DNA of 62,548 nt, the filler included. It is 6 parts of 6 records of this genome, joined end to end, with 100 filler letters (N's around TTAATTAATTAA, not from the genome) between each part and the next. Parts side by side here need not be neighbours in the genome. Positions count along the whole stretch, not along the records: positions 40,732 to 50,572 come from SRR31156797_29299; positions 50,673 to 57,260 come from SRR31156797_29303; positions 57,361 to 62,548 come from SRR31156797_29318; 3 more parts are not named here. One strand, written 5' to 3'. Position numbers and translations under genes: made by a program. Below the pieces are notes generated by a model, which was not told the origin of the DNA, did not search any database, and was given only the letters and a program-made list of their open reading frames with translations. Positions 47,955-58,252 of this stretch are shown here, in pieces (position 1 is the stretch's first letter; each line of letters opens with the position of its first letter).

Positions 47955-48259
47955 TGGCTCAGTTTGATGTATATAAAAACTTTAATAATGCAACAAATAA
48001 ACAAGTTCCATATCTTTTAGATATTCAAAATGATATTTTTCAAAACTTTAATTCAAGAGTTGTAATCCCTTTAGTTCGTGATCCAAATATCATCAAAAAT
48101 TTAAATCCTCAGTTTTCTATCGATGGAGAATTATTGATGCTTTCAACTGCTGAATTAGCTTCTGTATCTAATAGTACCTTAGGTGATAAAGTGACTAGCT
48201 TAGAAGAGTATAGAAGTGAGATCATTTATGCAATTGACTTTTTAGTCACTGGATTTTAA
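47954..48259 (+). CDS. ccdB: CcdB-family toxin
   Basis: MAQFDVYKN, PYLLDIQ, RVVIPL, LNP, AIDFL..GF; TAATG coupling with ccdA. Confidence 0.9.
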   Translation: MAQFDVYKNFNNATNKQVPYLLDIQNDIFQNFNSRVVIPLVRDPNIIKNLNPQFSIDGELLMLSTAELASVSNSTLGDKVTSLEEYRSEIIYAIDFLVTGF

Positions 48260-48260
48260 G

Positions 48261-49169
48261 TTGTCAAGCCTATTAGCAGTTACTTCTATCTATATTTTTA
48301 TCCTTATAGGTTTTATAGCTAAAAAAGTATTTAAAGATGAGATAAATGAACGCACACTTATCTTACTCTCTATCTATTTTTTACAACCTTTTTTAACCTT
48401 TTGGGGACTTACCCGAGCGCCGATTGATTTTAATCTTATCTATACCCCATTTTTATATTTTATAATTATCACTATTTCTTTGTTTTTCTTGATAGTTGTT
48501 GGAAAATATATGTTTGAGGATAGAAAAGATAATACTATCTTTATAGCCACAGCTTTAGTAGGAAATACAGGAAACTTAGGAATACCACTTGGGATCGCTC
48601 TTTTTGGAGAGAGTAGTGTCCCTTATACGAGTATCATCAATATTGCCAATGTATTTTTTATCTATACTGTTGGGATCTATTTTTTTGCGAGGAGTAGTTT
48701 TACTTTTAGAGCTTCTTTGATGCAGATGGTGAAGATACCTATTTTATGGTTTGCAGTTTTTGCACTTTTGTTTAACTTTTTTGAGTTTACGATCCATCAT
48801 CAGATCGATCTTATTTTACAGATGGCGGCGTATGCTGGGATAGTGGTTCAGCTTATTATCTTTGGGGTATATTTGGCAAAAACTACTATACGGTCACATA
48901 ACTATAAGCTTAGTTTTTCTACTAGTTTTGCCAAGCTTGTTTTTGTCCCTTTTATCGGACTCATAGTATTATATTTTAGTGGTTTACCAAATGAATTGGC
49001 TATGATATTGATGGTCTCTTTAGCAGTTCCTTTGGCGGTCAATAATGTAAATATAGCTGCACTTTATGATTGTAAACCTTATGATGTGACAGCTATCGTT
49101 TTAGTGAGTACTGCGTTATTTTTAGGGCTTATTTATTTTGAATTGGAGTTATTGAGGTGGATTTTTTAA
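48261..49169 (+). CDS. AEC (auxin efflux carrier) family transporter
   Basis: About ten TM segments; GNTGNLGIPL; P.AVN repeat motif. Confidence 0.85.
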   Translation: MSSLLAVTSIYIFILIGFIAKKVFKDEINERTLILLSIYFLQPFLTFWGLTRAPIDFNLIYTPFLYFIIITISLFFLIVVGKYMFEDRKDNTIFIATALVGNTGNLGIPLGIALFGESSVPYTSIINIANVFFIYTVGIYFFARSSFTFRASLMQMVKIPILWFAVFALLFNFFEFTIHHQIDLILQMAAYAGIVVQLIIFGVYLAKTTIRSHNYKLSFSTSFAKLVFVPFIGLIVLYFSGLPNELAMILMVSLAVPLAVNNVNIAALYDCKPYDVTAIVLVSTALFLGLIYFELELLRWIF

Positions 49170-49170
49170 G

Positions 49171-49929
49171 ATGAAATATTTATTGATAATGGTTGTTTTA
49201 TTTTCTATTTGTAATGGTGATAAAATCGATCTTGGGAAATGGGATAGAAAGGAGTTCTCTTCTTTTTTACTTGAAACATCAAATAATACTCAAACTGAAA
49301 AAATAAAAAATATTTCAAAGGAGTTTTTAAATACTCCTTATAAAGCAAATACGATGATTGGATCAATTGATAAAAAAGAGGAGCTTGTGATTGATCTTGG
49401 GGGTGTGGATTGTTTTACCTTTATAGATTATATACAAGCGATGAAACATTCAAATAGTTTTGATACCTTTAAATCAAACCTTATAAATCTTCGTTATCAA
49501 AATGGAAAAGTTGAGTATACAAAAAGAAACCATTTTTTCTTCGATTGGATCATCTATAATAACTTTGAAAACATCACTTCAACCCTATCCTCAAAAGCAA
49601 AACAAGTGACAAAAACATTGAATTTATCCAAGCAAAACAAACCTTTTTTAAAAGGGATCAGAACAAAAAAAAGAGTGATAGAATATATTGATTCAAAAGA
49701 TTTAAATAGTGAAATAATCAATAAACTTCACACAGGAGATTATATAGGTATCTATACTCATATACAAGGACTTGATGTGACCCATGTGGGACTTTTTATA
49801 AATAAAGATGGCAAAGCTTACTTTAGACATGCTTCAAGTAAAAAAAACCTTTTAAAAGTTGTCGATGCACCTTTTGAAAGCTACATAAAAAATACTCCAG
49901 GATTTATAGTATTAAGGGAGAAAAACTAA
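49171..49929 (+). CDS. DUF1460 / NlpC-P60-like amidase, secreted
   Basis: Signal peptide; FLNTPY, DCFTF, RNHFF, GLDVTHVG, HASS. Confidence 0.85.
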   Translation: MKYLLIMVVLFSICNGDKIDLGKWDRKEFSSFLLETSNNTQTEKIKNISKEFLNTPYKANTMIGSIDKKEELVIDLGGVDCFTFIDYIQAMKHSNSFDTFKSNLINLRYQNGKVEYTKRNHFFFDWIIYNNFENITSTLSSKAKQVTKTLNLSKQNKPFLKGIRTKKRVIEYIDSKDLNSEIINKLHTGDYIGIYTHIQGLDVTHVGLFINKDGKAYFRHASSKKNLLKVVDAPFESYIKNTPGFIVLREKN

Positions 49930-50572
49930 TGCCTAAACTTTTTTTAACAGATCTTGATCATACTTTTTTACAAGATGATCTTAGTATTACTAAATTTAGC
50001 AAACAGGTTTGGAATAGTATGTCCAAAAATCATTGTATGGGAATAGCAACAGCAAGAAGCTATAAAAAAAGTGAACAGTTTTTAAGAGGAATTGAGCTGA
50101 ATGTACCGATGATATTGTTCGATGGTTCACTTATTGTCTCCCCTGAAAAAAAGATTTTAGATATGAAAATAATATCCCAAGAGATTGGAAATGAGATTAT
50201 TCACTATAGCTCAAAGCTTGGTATATATCCATTTGTACTAGCACTAAAAGATCAAAATCTGAATGAGTCTTTTTTATGCCCAACACAACTAAACCACTAC
50301 CAAAAAGAGCTTTTAACACGTTATAAAAATGATGATAATCTTCAATCACGTTCTAATCTAAAAGCGATGGAGAATAATTTTAAATTGGTTTACTTTGGAG
50401 AATTGGAACAACTTGAAGAATTAAAAGAGTATTTAGAGTCTATTTTTAAAGATGAGATAAAATATCTCTTAGCACCTGAAGCGTATCTTGGATGCTATTT
50501 TTTAACTCTTTTACATAAAGATGCTGATAAAGCCCATGGATTACAAAGAGTGCAAGATATGATGCAAATTGA
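49929..50572 (+). CDS. Cof-type HAD hydrolase, 3' truncated
   Basis: DLDHTFL, ATARS, DKAHGL. Confidence 0.88.
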
Positions 50573-50672
50573 NNNNNNNNNNNNNNNNNNNNNNNNNNNN
50601 NNNNNNNNNNNNNNNNTTAATTAATTAANNNNNNNNNNNNNNNNNNNNNNNNNNNNNNNNNNNNNNNNNNNN
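50573..50672. other. Artificial contig-joining spacer
   Basis: N44-TTAATTAATTAA-N44. Confidence 0.98.
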
Positions 50673-52184
50673 AAAAACCGATCCGCTTCCCGGATTGCTT
50701 TCCACGTTGATCGCGCCCTTCAGGCCCCTGACGATTCCAAGCACGGCGGCCAGCCCCAAACCGCGACCTGTAAATTTTGTGCTGAAAAATGGATCAAAAA
50801 TGCGTTGGGATATTTCGGGAATCATACCGCAACCCGTGTCTGAAATCCGCAGATATGCATACTCTCCTTCAGGCTGATCCTCGTAAAGATAGGTCCGGCC
50901 AAGCAACCTGTAATCACAATGCATTGCACCGGTGGCAATTGTTATTTCACCGCTGCCGTCGCCCAAAGATTCGGATGCATTGGTAAGAATATTCACGATT
51001 ATTTGTCCGAACTGGCCGGGATCGCCTTTTACAGCCGGAATGGATTGCATGAGGTCAAATTTAAGCTCCGCTTTTTTACTGACGGATGATTCAAGAAATA
51101 CTTTCATGTCCAGAATCATTTGCGAAAGATCGATTATTTCCGAGACAAACTGTCCTTTGCCGGAATAGTCCAGCATTTGTTTTGTCAATTCCTCAGCCCG
51201 CCGGCCGAGTGTTTCGATCTGCCTGATATTTCCGGCGGCGCTTGAATCGGGCGGTAGTTTATCGGCGGCAATTTCGGCATTTCCCAGTATACCCATCAGG
51301 AGATTATTAAAATCGTGAGCAATCCCGCCGGCGATCATACCCAGGCTTTCCTGTTTTTGGGATTGCTGTATTCTCTCTTCCAGGCGTTTGTGGTCGGTAA
51401 TGTCGACCATCACGCAGATAACGCCCGCGACGCGCCCCGTATCATTTAAAAAGGACGTCTTGCTAAAGATGATGTCCCGGATACCGTAGCCGGAATAGAT
51501 AAAAGTCGCTGCGTAACTCATTGCTCCGCTTGAAGCCATGAGTTCAACATCGCCCCGACCAAGCGCTTCGGCCATTTCGGCGGTCATTATTTCATTGGCG
51601 GTCTTACCGATAATTTCTTCGGGAGTAAGATTCAACACCCCCGTAAAAGCCCTATTGCAACCGAGAAAGGAGCCGCCGACATCCCGATAAAATACAGGGC
51701 TGGGTATGGTATCGAGCAATGAGGAAAGGAACGAATGCTGTTCCTCAGCCCGCAGCCTTGCGCTTTCAGCTTCATCCCTTTCCCTGTGCAATGCTTTTTG
51801 GCGTCTTACTTCAGCCAGTGTTTTATTGATAGTGTTTTCGAAATCTACAAAATCTATCGGCTTTGTTATAAAATCAAAGGCGCCGCTGTTCATGGCGGCT
51901 CGAATATTGGACATATCGTCGTAGGCTGAAACAATGACGACCCGGGTTTCAGGATCCATTTCCTTTATTTTCTTCAAAAGAGTGATGCCGTCCATGACCG
52001 GCATGTTAATATCGCTGAGAACAATGCTGAGATCGGGATTATCATTGATTATTTCCAAAGCCTCTTCCCCGTTACGGGCAAAAATGAATGAAAGATCTCC
52101 TTTTCGCAGGTGATGTCGAAACTTCTGGACAACAAGCGATTCCAGATCAGGTTCGTCGTCTACAACTAGAATTTTCGGCGTCAT
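50673..52184 (-). CDS. REC-PAS-histidine kinase hybrid, 3' truncated
   Basis: ILVVDDE, SDINMP; PAS; GGIAHDFNN, DTGCG, PFFSTK, GLGL. ATG 52184 follows GGAGG. Confidence 0.92.
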
Positions 52185-52264
52185 ACTTGGGCCTCCATGG
52201 CTCCACATATATTAAATCCGATCAATTGCCTCAGGCTTTTCCGCGGAACGAAATTAAAAAAGGA

Positions 52265-53692
52265 TTATTCCTGCGGAAACGGGCTTTCTCCTTGTACCCG
52301 GGGCAATTTTATTATAAATTCCGTAAAATCACCTTCACGCGTATCAATAGAGAAGGTTCCCCGGTGTTTTTTTACTATAATATCATGACTTATGGACAAT
52401 CCAAGCCCGGTGCCCCATCCGACGGGTTTGGTGGTAAAAAACGGATCGAATACTTTTTCAATAATTTCCTTGGGAATTCCAGTTCCATTATCTCTAACCC
52501 GCAACTCAACATCTCCATCCAAATCCCTCGTACTTACGGACAGAATCGGTTTGAACAAAGGATCATTTTCTTGTTGGGTCCATTCATTGGCGGCATAAAA
52601 ACCATTATTGAAAAGATTCAGGAGCACCTGTGAAATTTCCTGCGGAACAAGCTCCAGTTTTCCGGCTTCGGGCGAAAGGTTTGTTTCCAGAGTTATGTTA
52701 AAACTTTTGTTAATGGCCCTCATGCTGTGATAGGCCAGTTGCAGGCTGTCTTCAACCAGAACATTTATGTCCGCCAATTCGTACGAACCCGTATCTCCCC
52801 TTGAATGACGCATCATGCTTTTGACGATGTTATCGGCCCTAAGGCCGTGATTGGCAATCTTTTCCAGATTGCCGATCAACATGCCCACAAGTTCCTTGAT
52901 TTCTTCGGCTTGACGTTTGTTAACGCCGCTCGGATGCTCTTGGAGCAACTCCATTAGCTCTTCGAAAAGCTCTATGGATAATTCTGAAAAATTGTTAATA
53001 AAATTCAAAGGATTCTTTATTTCATGGGCAATGCCGGCCGTCAACTGGCCCAGGGCCGCCATTTTTTCATTATGTATTAAAATTTCCTGAGTTTCTTCCA
53101 ATTCGGCCAAAGCCTTATCGGTCAATTCCTTGGCTTTTTCGAGTTCATCATACGATTCGCCGAGCTTCCAGTTTTGCCATTCCAGGTCTTGAGTGAAGAC
53201 CTGGATTTGTTTTTCTATCCTTTTTTGTTCCGTGATATCACGAAGATAATTCAGAATAACAGTTTCTCCCCGCCAATGAACGCTTATGTCCATTGTTTGA
53301 ATCCATCTCATTCTTGCATTTTTGTCTATTATTCTGAAAACATAGCTTTGAGGCGTTATGTCGCTGTCCAGTGCTTCAAAAAAACTGTCGTCAATCTTCT
53401 GCTTGTCCTCTTCGAATACAAATTCGTTAAGGGATCTTGAAACCGGGTTTTCACTCAAACCGTCCAGGAGTTCGGCGGCCGTCTCGTTAAACAGCAGGAT
53501 TTCTCCTTCCTGGCTCAGGATTATTGCTTCATCCGCCTTTTCAAAGAGGGAGCGGTACCAGCTCCGGTCCTGTTCGATATCATAATTTCCACTGATTCTC
53601 AGACGTTTTTCCGCCTGCAGTTCCTTGACATAGATACGCAGCTCTTCCAGTTCGTCAATAAGTTCCTGCCTGCTCTTGAACTCGTAATCCAT
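52265..53692 (-). CDS. Cytoplasmic PAS sensor histidine kinase (NtrB-like)
   Basis: PAS domain; [27 protein letters not shown]. Confidence 0.92.
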   Translation of the reverse strand: MDYEFKSRQELIDELEELRIYVKELQAEKRLRISGNYDIEQDRSWYRSLFEKADEAIILSQEGEILLFNETAAELLDGLSENPVSRSLNEFVFEEDKQKIDDSFFEALDSDITPQSYVFRIIDKNARMRWIQTMDISVHWRGETVILNYLRDITEQKRIEKQIQVFTQDLEWQNWKLGESYDELEKAKELTDKALAELEETQEILIHNEKMAALGQLTAGIAHEIKNPLNFINNFSELSIELFEELMELLQEHPSGVNKRQAEEIKELVGMLIGNLEKIANHGLRADNIVKSMMRHSRGDTGSYELADINVLVEDSLQLAYHSMRAINKSFNITLETNLSPEAGKLELVPQEISQVLLNLFNNGFYAANEWTQQENDPLFKPILSVSTRDLDGDVELRVRDNGTGIPKEIIEKVFDPFFTTKPVGWGTGLGLSISHDIIVKKHRGTFSIDTREGDFTEFIIKLPRVQGESPFPQE

Positions 53693-53969
53693 TTTCTTCC
53701 TCAAATATCCGGTTATCCTTTAACTGATTTTAGTATACAATCTTTTCACGTAATTTAAAGTTCGCCAAATTCAGCGGGTTCGCCAGGGTTGAGCGCCCGT
53801 TCGAAGCAATTTATGGAGGCGACAATTATCTTGTGCATAAAAAGAATGCACCGCGTTGGATTCCAAGAATCAATGCCTGGAGTTTTCCTGATGTGAAAAG
53901 AAGCGGGGCGCGTAAAGCCTCTCATACCGTGATTTGGAGCAACATATTGTATTTCATGTTACAACCAAT

Positions 53970-55256
53970 TCAAGCCTGCGGGAATTCCCTGCGGAGTTTC
54001 CATAGGCGTCTGATTTTCCTTATATGAGGCACTTTTCCCGGTAAACGGCTGGACAATGCTTCCGGACGATCATCATATAAAAACGTCAAGATATGATTGA
54101 AATCAACTGCTCTCAACAAATCCATGGAATCATTAAAGTCGCTTTCAGTTTCACCCGGGAAGCCGATAATGATATGCGTTGAGATAATAATATTTTTAAT
54201 AAGCCGTCGAAGATCCAATATACAGTCTTTAAAATCGGACACACAGTGCCCACGCTTCATCAGGCCGACTATTTTTTCACTTCCCGATTGAACCGGGAAT
54301 CCAACGTGACCAAGGCGATCCGCATTATTGGCCAGCAACTCTATCAGTTCTTCCTTGTGTTCTATCAACCAGGCCGGATTGAAATCGTCCCAAAAGATTT
54401 TGTATTCGCCTTTATGGCTTAAAAGCTCCCTTAATAAATAGTATATATTTGTATCTCCGTCCTTTCCGTACGCTCCCACATCCGCGGCAACAAGGTAGAA
54501 AGCTTTATAGCCGACGTCGAGACCTTTTCTAAATTCTTTAACAATCGCGTCAATTGGTTTTGATTTTACATCTCCATGAGCGAACCTGATAAGGCAATAG
54601 GAGCATTCGGAGGCGCATCCATGAGAAATCCTCATCGTGAAAAATGGTCCGTAACCAGTTTTTAAATCCGAAGGTTGAGGTCCAAGGAACACCCTGGCCA
54701 AGGGGCTATGCAACAGGATATGATCAGCCATGCATGTAAGAGATTTCTTTGACGGATTAGTAATAAAACCTGTTTTGGCCCTGAGGTTATCCATGCGGGA
54801 GAAAGCTTCACAGGCTGAATTGAGGCAATCATATACATCGTTGGGATCGTCTATTTCCGAAATTTTAATATCAGCCCCGATCACATCATCCAGTTTGTCG
54901 ATATCTTTTCTCTCCAAGGGTATGGCTCTGGCTTCCGCGGTTAGTCTTTGGCGCCCTATATAAGCCAGGCAGCCAAAGGCTATCAGCATAGCATCAGGCG
55001 CCATTTTCTTTCTGATGAGGCGAAGGTAATTAATAGACATTTCCTCTGCAAAGGCAATGACTCCGCATGTTCCGGCCAACACCAAATCAGCGGACCCGAT
55101 GTTATTTACAATTGTCCAATTATTTAATACAAAGTATTCATTTAACAAACATGCGTCTATCCTGCTTCTAGGGCATCCTTGAATAAAGGCTACATACACC
55201 CTTTTCTCTATATTACTTAATTTATTTCTATTATCTGGTAAAGCAGCGAAATTCAT
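53970..55256 (-). CDS. Methylthiotransferase-like radical SAM enzyme (UPF0004 + radical SAM, no TRAM)
   Basis: N-terminal GC...TC...GC triad; CASECSYC; PVQSGS; IIGFPGET. Confidence 0.85.
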   Translation of the reverse strand: MNFAALPDNRNKLSNIEKRVYVAFIQGCPRSRIDACLLNEYFVLNNWTIVNNIGSADLVLAGTCGVIAFAEEMSINYLRLIRKKMAPDAMLIAFGCLAYIGRQRLTAEARAIPLERKDIDKLDDVIGADIKISEIDDPNDVYDCLNSACEAFSRMDNLRAKTGFITNPSKKSLTCMADHILLHSPLARVFLGPQPSDLKTGYGPFFTMRISHGCASECSYCLIRFAHGDVKSKPIDAIVKEFRKGLDVGYKAFYLVAADVGAYGKDGDTNIYYLLRELLSHKGEYKIFWDDFNPAWLIEHKEELIELLANNADRLGHVGFPVQSGSEKIVGLMKRGHCVSDFKDCILDLRRLIKNIIISTHIIIGFPGETESDFNDSMDLLRAVDFNHILTFLYDDRPEALSSRLPGKVPHIRKIRRLWKLRREFPQA

Positions 55257-55602
55257 TTCCCCCCCAAACTATATGAAACAAGGCGACAACTCACCAACTC
55301 CGGTTCCTCTGCTTCGTATCCTAGTTATAAATATTGACCTTTATTTAAAATTCTACATTCCAGGCGAATCTTGTCAAGAACAGAATCGGCGCAAAGGCTT
55401 CCCGTATGCTGCAACAAAAGCACGGGTTGCAGCCGGTCATGTCGGCGATGCGGTCCATCCTTTGCTTGTTCCACGTTAAGTTCTATAGTAAAATCATTTC
55501 TTTTTTATTATCCGCAAATACAGGGAAAATATCCGGTTAGATTTTTCGCCGGAAAAAGGCCGGCCCCTCAAATACATTTTTAATTGTGTATCAAAGGAGT
55601 TT

Positions 55603-57063
55603 TTGATGTTTTCCGATATTCAGCTGGAGGAAATGTTGAGTTGGGGCAAGGACTTGTATGATATGGGCTTCAAAAGGCCGGGGACGATGCAGGGTCGAAG
55701 GGCGGAAGATTATTTATACGGGCTTGTGAAAGGATTTGGCCTGCCTCAAGTAACGCTTGAAGATGTTCCATTTTGGGGCTGGCATCCCGACAAAGTGCAC
55801 CTGGCGGCCAATACCGGTTCCAAAACCCTGACTATATCTCCTCAACCCATAGTGTATACATCATTCACTCCCGATTGCGGCATAAGCGGGGAAATCGTCG
55901 ATATCGGCGCGGGAAAACCTGAAGATATCAGGAGTAGAAACCTTGAAGGAAAGATAGCGCTGGCGACTTACAACCATGGTCGGCTTGAATATGAATCCCT
56001 GCGCGAATTCGGTTACTACCTTCACGACCCGGATGATTCCCTGACGGGCAGGGGGCAGGTTATGTCCTGGATAACCGAGGAGGAAATGAGGGTTTACGAC
56101 GCATCCGTCGAAGCGGGCGCTATTGGATTTATAGGCGTGTATCCTATGAACCTGACGCCTTATCTTTGCTACGAGGGCGGGAATGCGTTTAGCGGCCATA
56201 CCGGTTCCATACCGGGCGTCGGATTAAGAAAATCCGAAGGGGAGCTTTTGAAAAAGCTGATGTCTTCCGGGGCGACAGATGCGACTATTATCCAAACCGG
56301 CGCGTTAGAACGGTCGTGCACACGGAATATAGTCGGCGTGATACCGGGGAAAAGCGAACGGGTCATCCAGGTAACCACGCACCACGACACCATGTGGCTG
56401 GGGGCGACCGAAGACATTTCCGGTGTGATGGTTGTGTTGTCTTTAGCCAAAGCCCTGGCCGGATTGTATGCGAAAGATCCGCCGGAAAAGACTCTGGCAT
56501 TTGTTCTGGAGGGGGCGGAGTGTCTTTACGTGCTTGGTTCGAGGGCTTATATAGGCCGGCATAAAAATGACCTTATAAAAAACCTCGTTGTGGATTTACA
56601 TATAGAGCATCTGGCCAGGGAATTCATTGAGGACGAACATGGTTTTTTAACCGATGCAGGAAATGTACAGCCCAGGGCTCTATTTGTGACGGATGCCGGA
56701 CCGTTGCCCCGGATAGTACAAGAAGCGGTTATAAAACATGATCTTCGCAGGACTATTCTCATGCCCGCGGACACGCCGCTGGGCGTGCCCACTGATGCAA
56801 CCGCGTACAACAGGGCCGGACTGCCGGTTGCCAGTTTCATATCGCCTCCTATTTATTGGAACGCACTGGAGGATACATGGGATAAAATAGCGGTTGATTC
56901 CCTGTTGCCCACGGCAAGAGCTTACGCGGATATAATCGAACGACTCATGGTTGTGCATCCCGACCTTATCAGGAAGCCCGGACCTCCGGCCCCTAATTAC
57001 ATTTGGTATAGAGACAGGTTTGCAGAAAGCAGCTATGAGGATTGGCTTCCGTTTACCGATTGA
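55603..57063 (+). CDS. PA-domain M28-family metallohydrolase, atypical
   Basis: PA insert; NIVGVIPG, HHD, GATEDISG, PTDA. AAGGAG RBS before a TTG/ATG start. Confidence 0.75.
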   Translation: MMFSDIQLEEMLSWGKDLYDMGFKRPGTMQGRRAEDYLYGLVKGFGLPQVTLEDVPFWGWHPDKVHLAANTGSKTLTISPQPIVYTSFTPDCGISGEIVDIGAGKPEDIRSRNLEGKIALATYNHGRLEYESLREFGYYLHDPDDSLTGRGQVMSWITEEEMRVYDASVEAGAIGFIGVYPMNLTPYLCYEGGNAFSGHTGSIPGVGLRKSEGELLKKLMSSGATDATIIQTGALERSCTRNIVGVIPGKSERVIQVTTHHDTMWLGATEDISGVMVVLSLAKALAGLYAKDPPEKTLAFVLEGAECLYVLGSRAYIGRHKNDLIKNLVVDLHIEHLAREFIEDEHGFLTDAGNVQPRALFVTDAGPLPRIVQEAVIKHDLRRTILMPADTPLGVPTDATAYNRAGLPVASFISPPIYWNALEDTWDKIAVDSLLPTARAYADIIERLMVVHPDLIRKPGPPAPNYIWYRDRFAESSYEDWLPFTD

Positions 57064-57260
57064 AGAAATTGTTTTGGCGAGGATTTTTTATGGGGTTATT
57101 GACCGGACGAGGGCGCCTTCCGGTCAAAGGCCGGGATTTACTACGAACACAGCCTTCAAACATCAACCATAGGCCGGCTTATCATTTTTTAAAGGGAGAA
57201 TTTGAATCCATCCCCGATCTTTTGGGAGAAATCGGACCAAAATCCAAGGGGCTGAATAAA

Positions 57261-57360
57261 NNNNNNNNNNNNNNNNNNNNNNNNNNNNNNNNNNNNNNNN
57301 NNNNTTAATTAATTAANNNNNNNNNNNNNNNNNNNNNNNNNNNNNNNNNNNNNNNNNNNN
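57261..57360. other. Artificial contig-joining spacer
   Basis: N44-TTAATTAATTAA-N44. Confidence 0.98.
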
Positions 57361-57719
57361 CGCAGGTTTTCATATATTTTCTCAATTTTGAATTTATACT
57401 CGGGCAGAAACTTGCAAAAAGGATCGAAGACCGCGATTTTCAAGCTGGCGCCCAGCGGTATGATGGCCCCCACAAGTTGATCAAGCCTTTCCCTTGCCGA
57501 CAGATCGCTTTCCAGGATCGGATAGGCAACGGCATCCATCTTCTCGCTCGAATAAATCAATAGCTCGCGCATCAAGACTGATCGGGATTCAAAATGCCGG
57601 TACAGGGTGGCCCGGCCCACGCCCGCGGTTTCCGCTATATCATCCAGAGAGGCCAGAGGATTGGTGGCCAGTGCGGCAGCGGCGCCCTGTATAATCTTGT
57701 CATGGGTCGTTAGTTTCAT
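57361..57719 (-). CDS. TetR family regulator, 3' truncated
   Basis: ASLDDIAETAGVGRATLYRHF; ATG 57719 follows GGAG. Confidence 0.9.
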
Positions 57720-57739
57720 GTTAACTCCAAAATCCATCC

Positions 57740-57768
57740 AAATGATACTTTAAAGTCTCATTTGAGAC
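57740..57768. promoter_or_regulatory. TetR operator palindromes
   Basis: AAATGATACTTT|AAAGTCTCATTT (11/12 symmetric) overlapping GTCTCA-TT-TGAGAC, just upstream of tetR. Confidence 0.75.
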
Positions 57769-57947
57769 AGGATGTTATGCATCTCCTTTCAAATGTCAAC
57801 TCTTTTCTAATTCGATTTATGGGTAATCAACACCTTATTTTTGACTTCATGCAAAGATGAAAAGGCTGCTTTTTCTGAAGCGATCTGATAATATGCCGCT
57901 TTAAAATTTTCGGTATGAATATAAAAACGGACGAAAAGGATTGAAGT

Positions 57948-58169
57948 ATGGAATTGTGGGTGATAGGTATCTCGGCGTTTCTATTGTTCTGGATCAGCAT
58001 GTTTCTCTCGGATTTTATTTTAAAAAAAATAAAAAGGCCTAAAATCATAGGGCTTTTGTTTGTTTTACTGGCGGTTTTGATCGGGTTTGAGTTTTATGAT
58101 AAGAATCAGCTTGTGGCCGGCTTATCCGTTTTCATCGCTTTTGCGGGTGCCAGGATATTGATGAAATAA
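57948..58169 (+). CDS. Small hypothetical membrane protein
   Basis: 73 aa with three hydrophobic stretches; AAGGA RBS. Confidence 0.6.
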   Translation: MELWVIGISAFLLFWISMFLSDFILKKIKRPKIIGLLFVLLAVLIGFEFYDKNQLVAGLSVFIAFAGARILMK

Positions 58170-58252
58170 CACGGGAAAATTTGGATTTTTCATTTGCCCC
58201 AATGATTCCATGGGGGCATTAAACATACCGGAATACGGAGGAAAATGATCAA

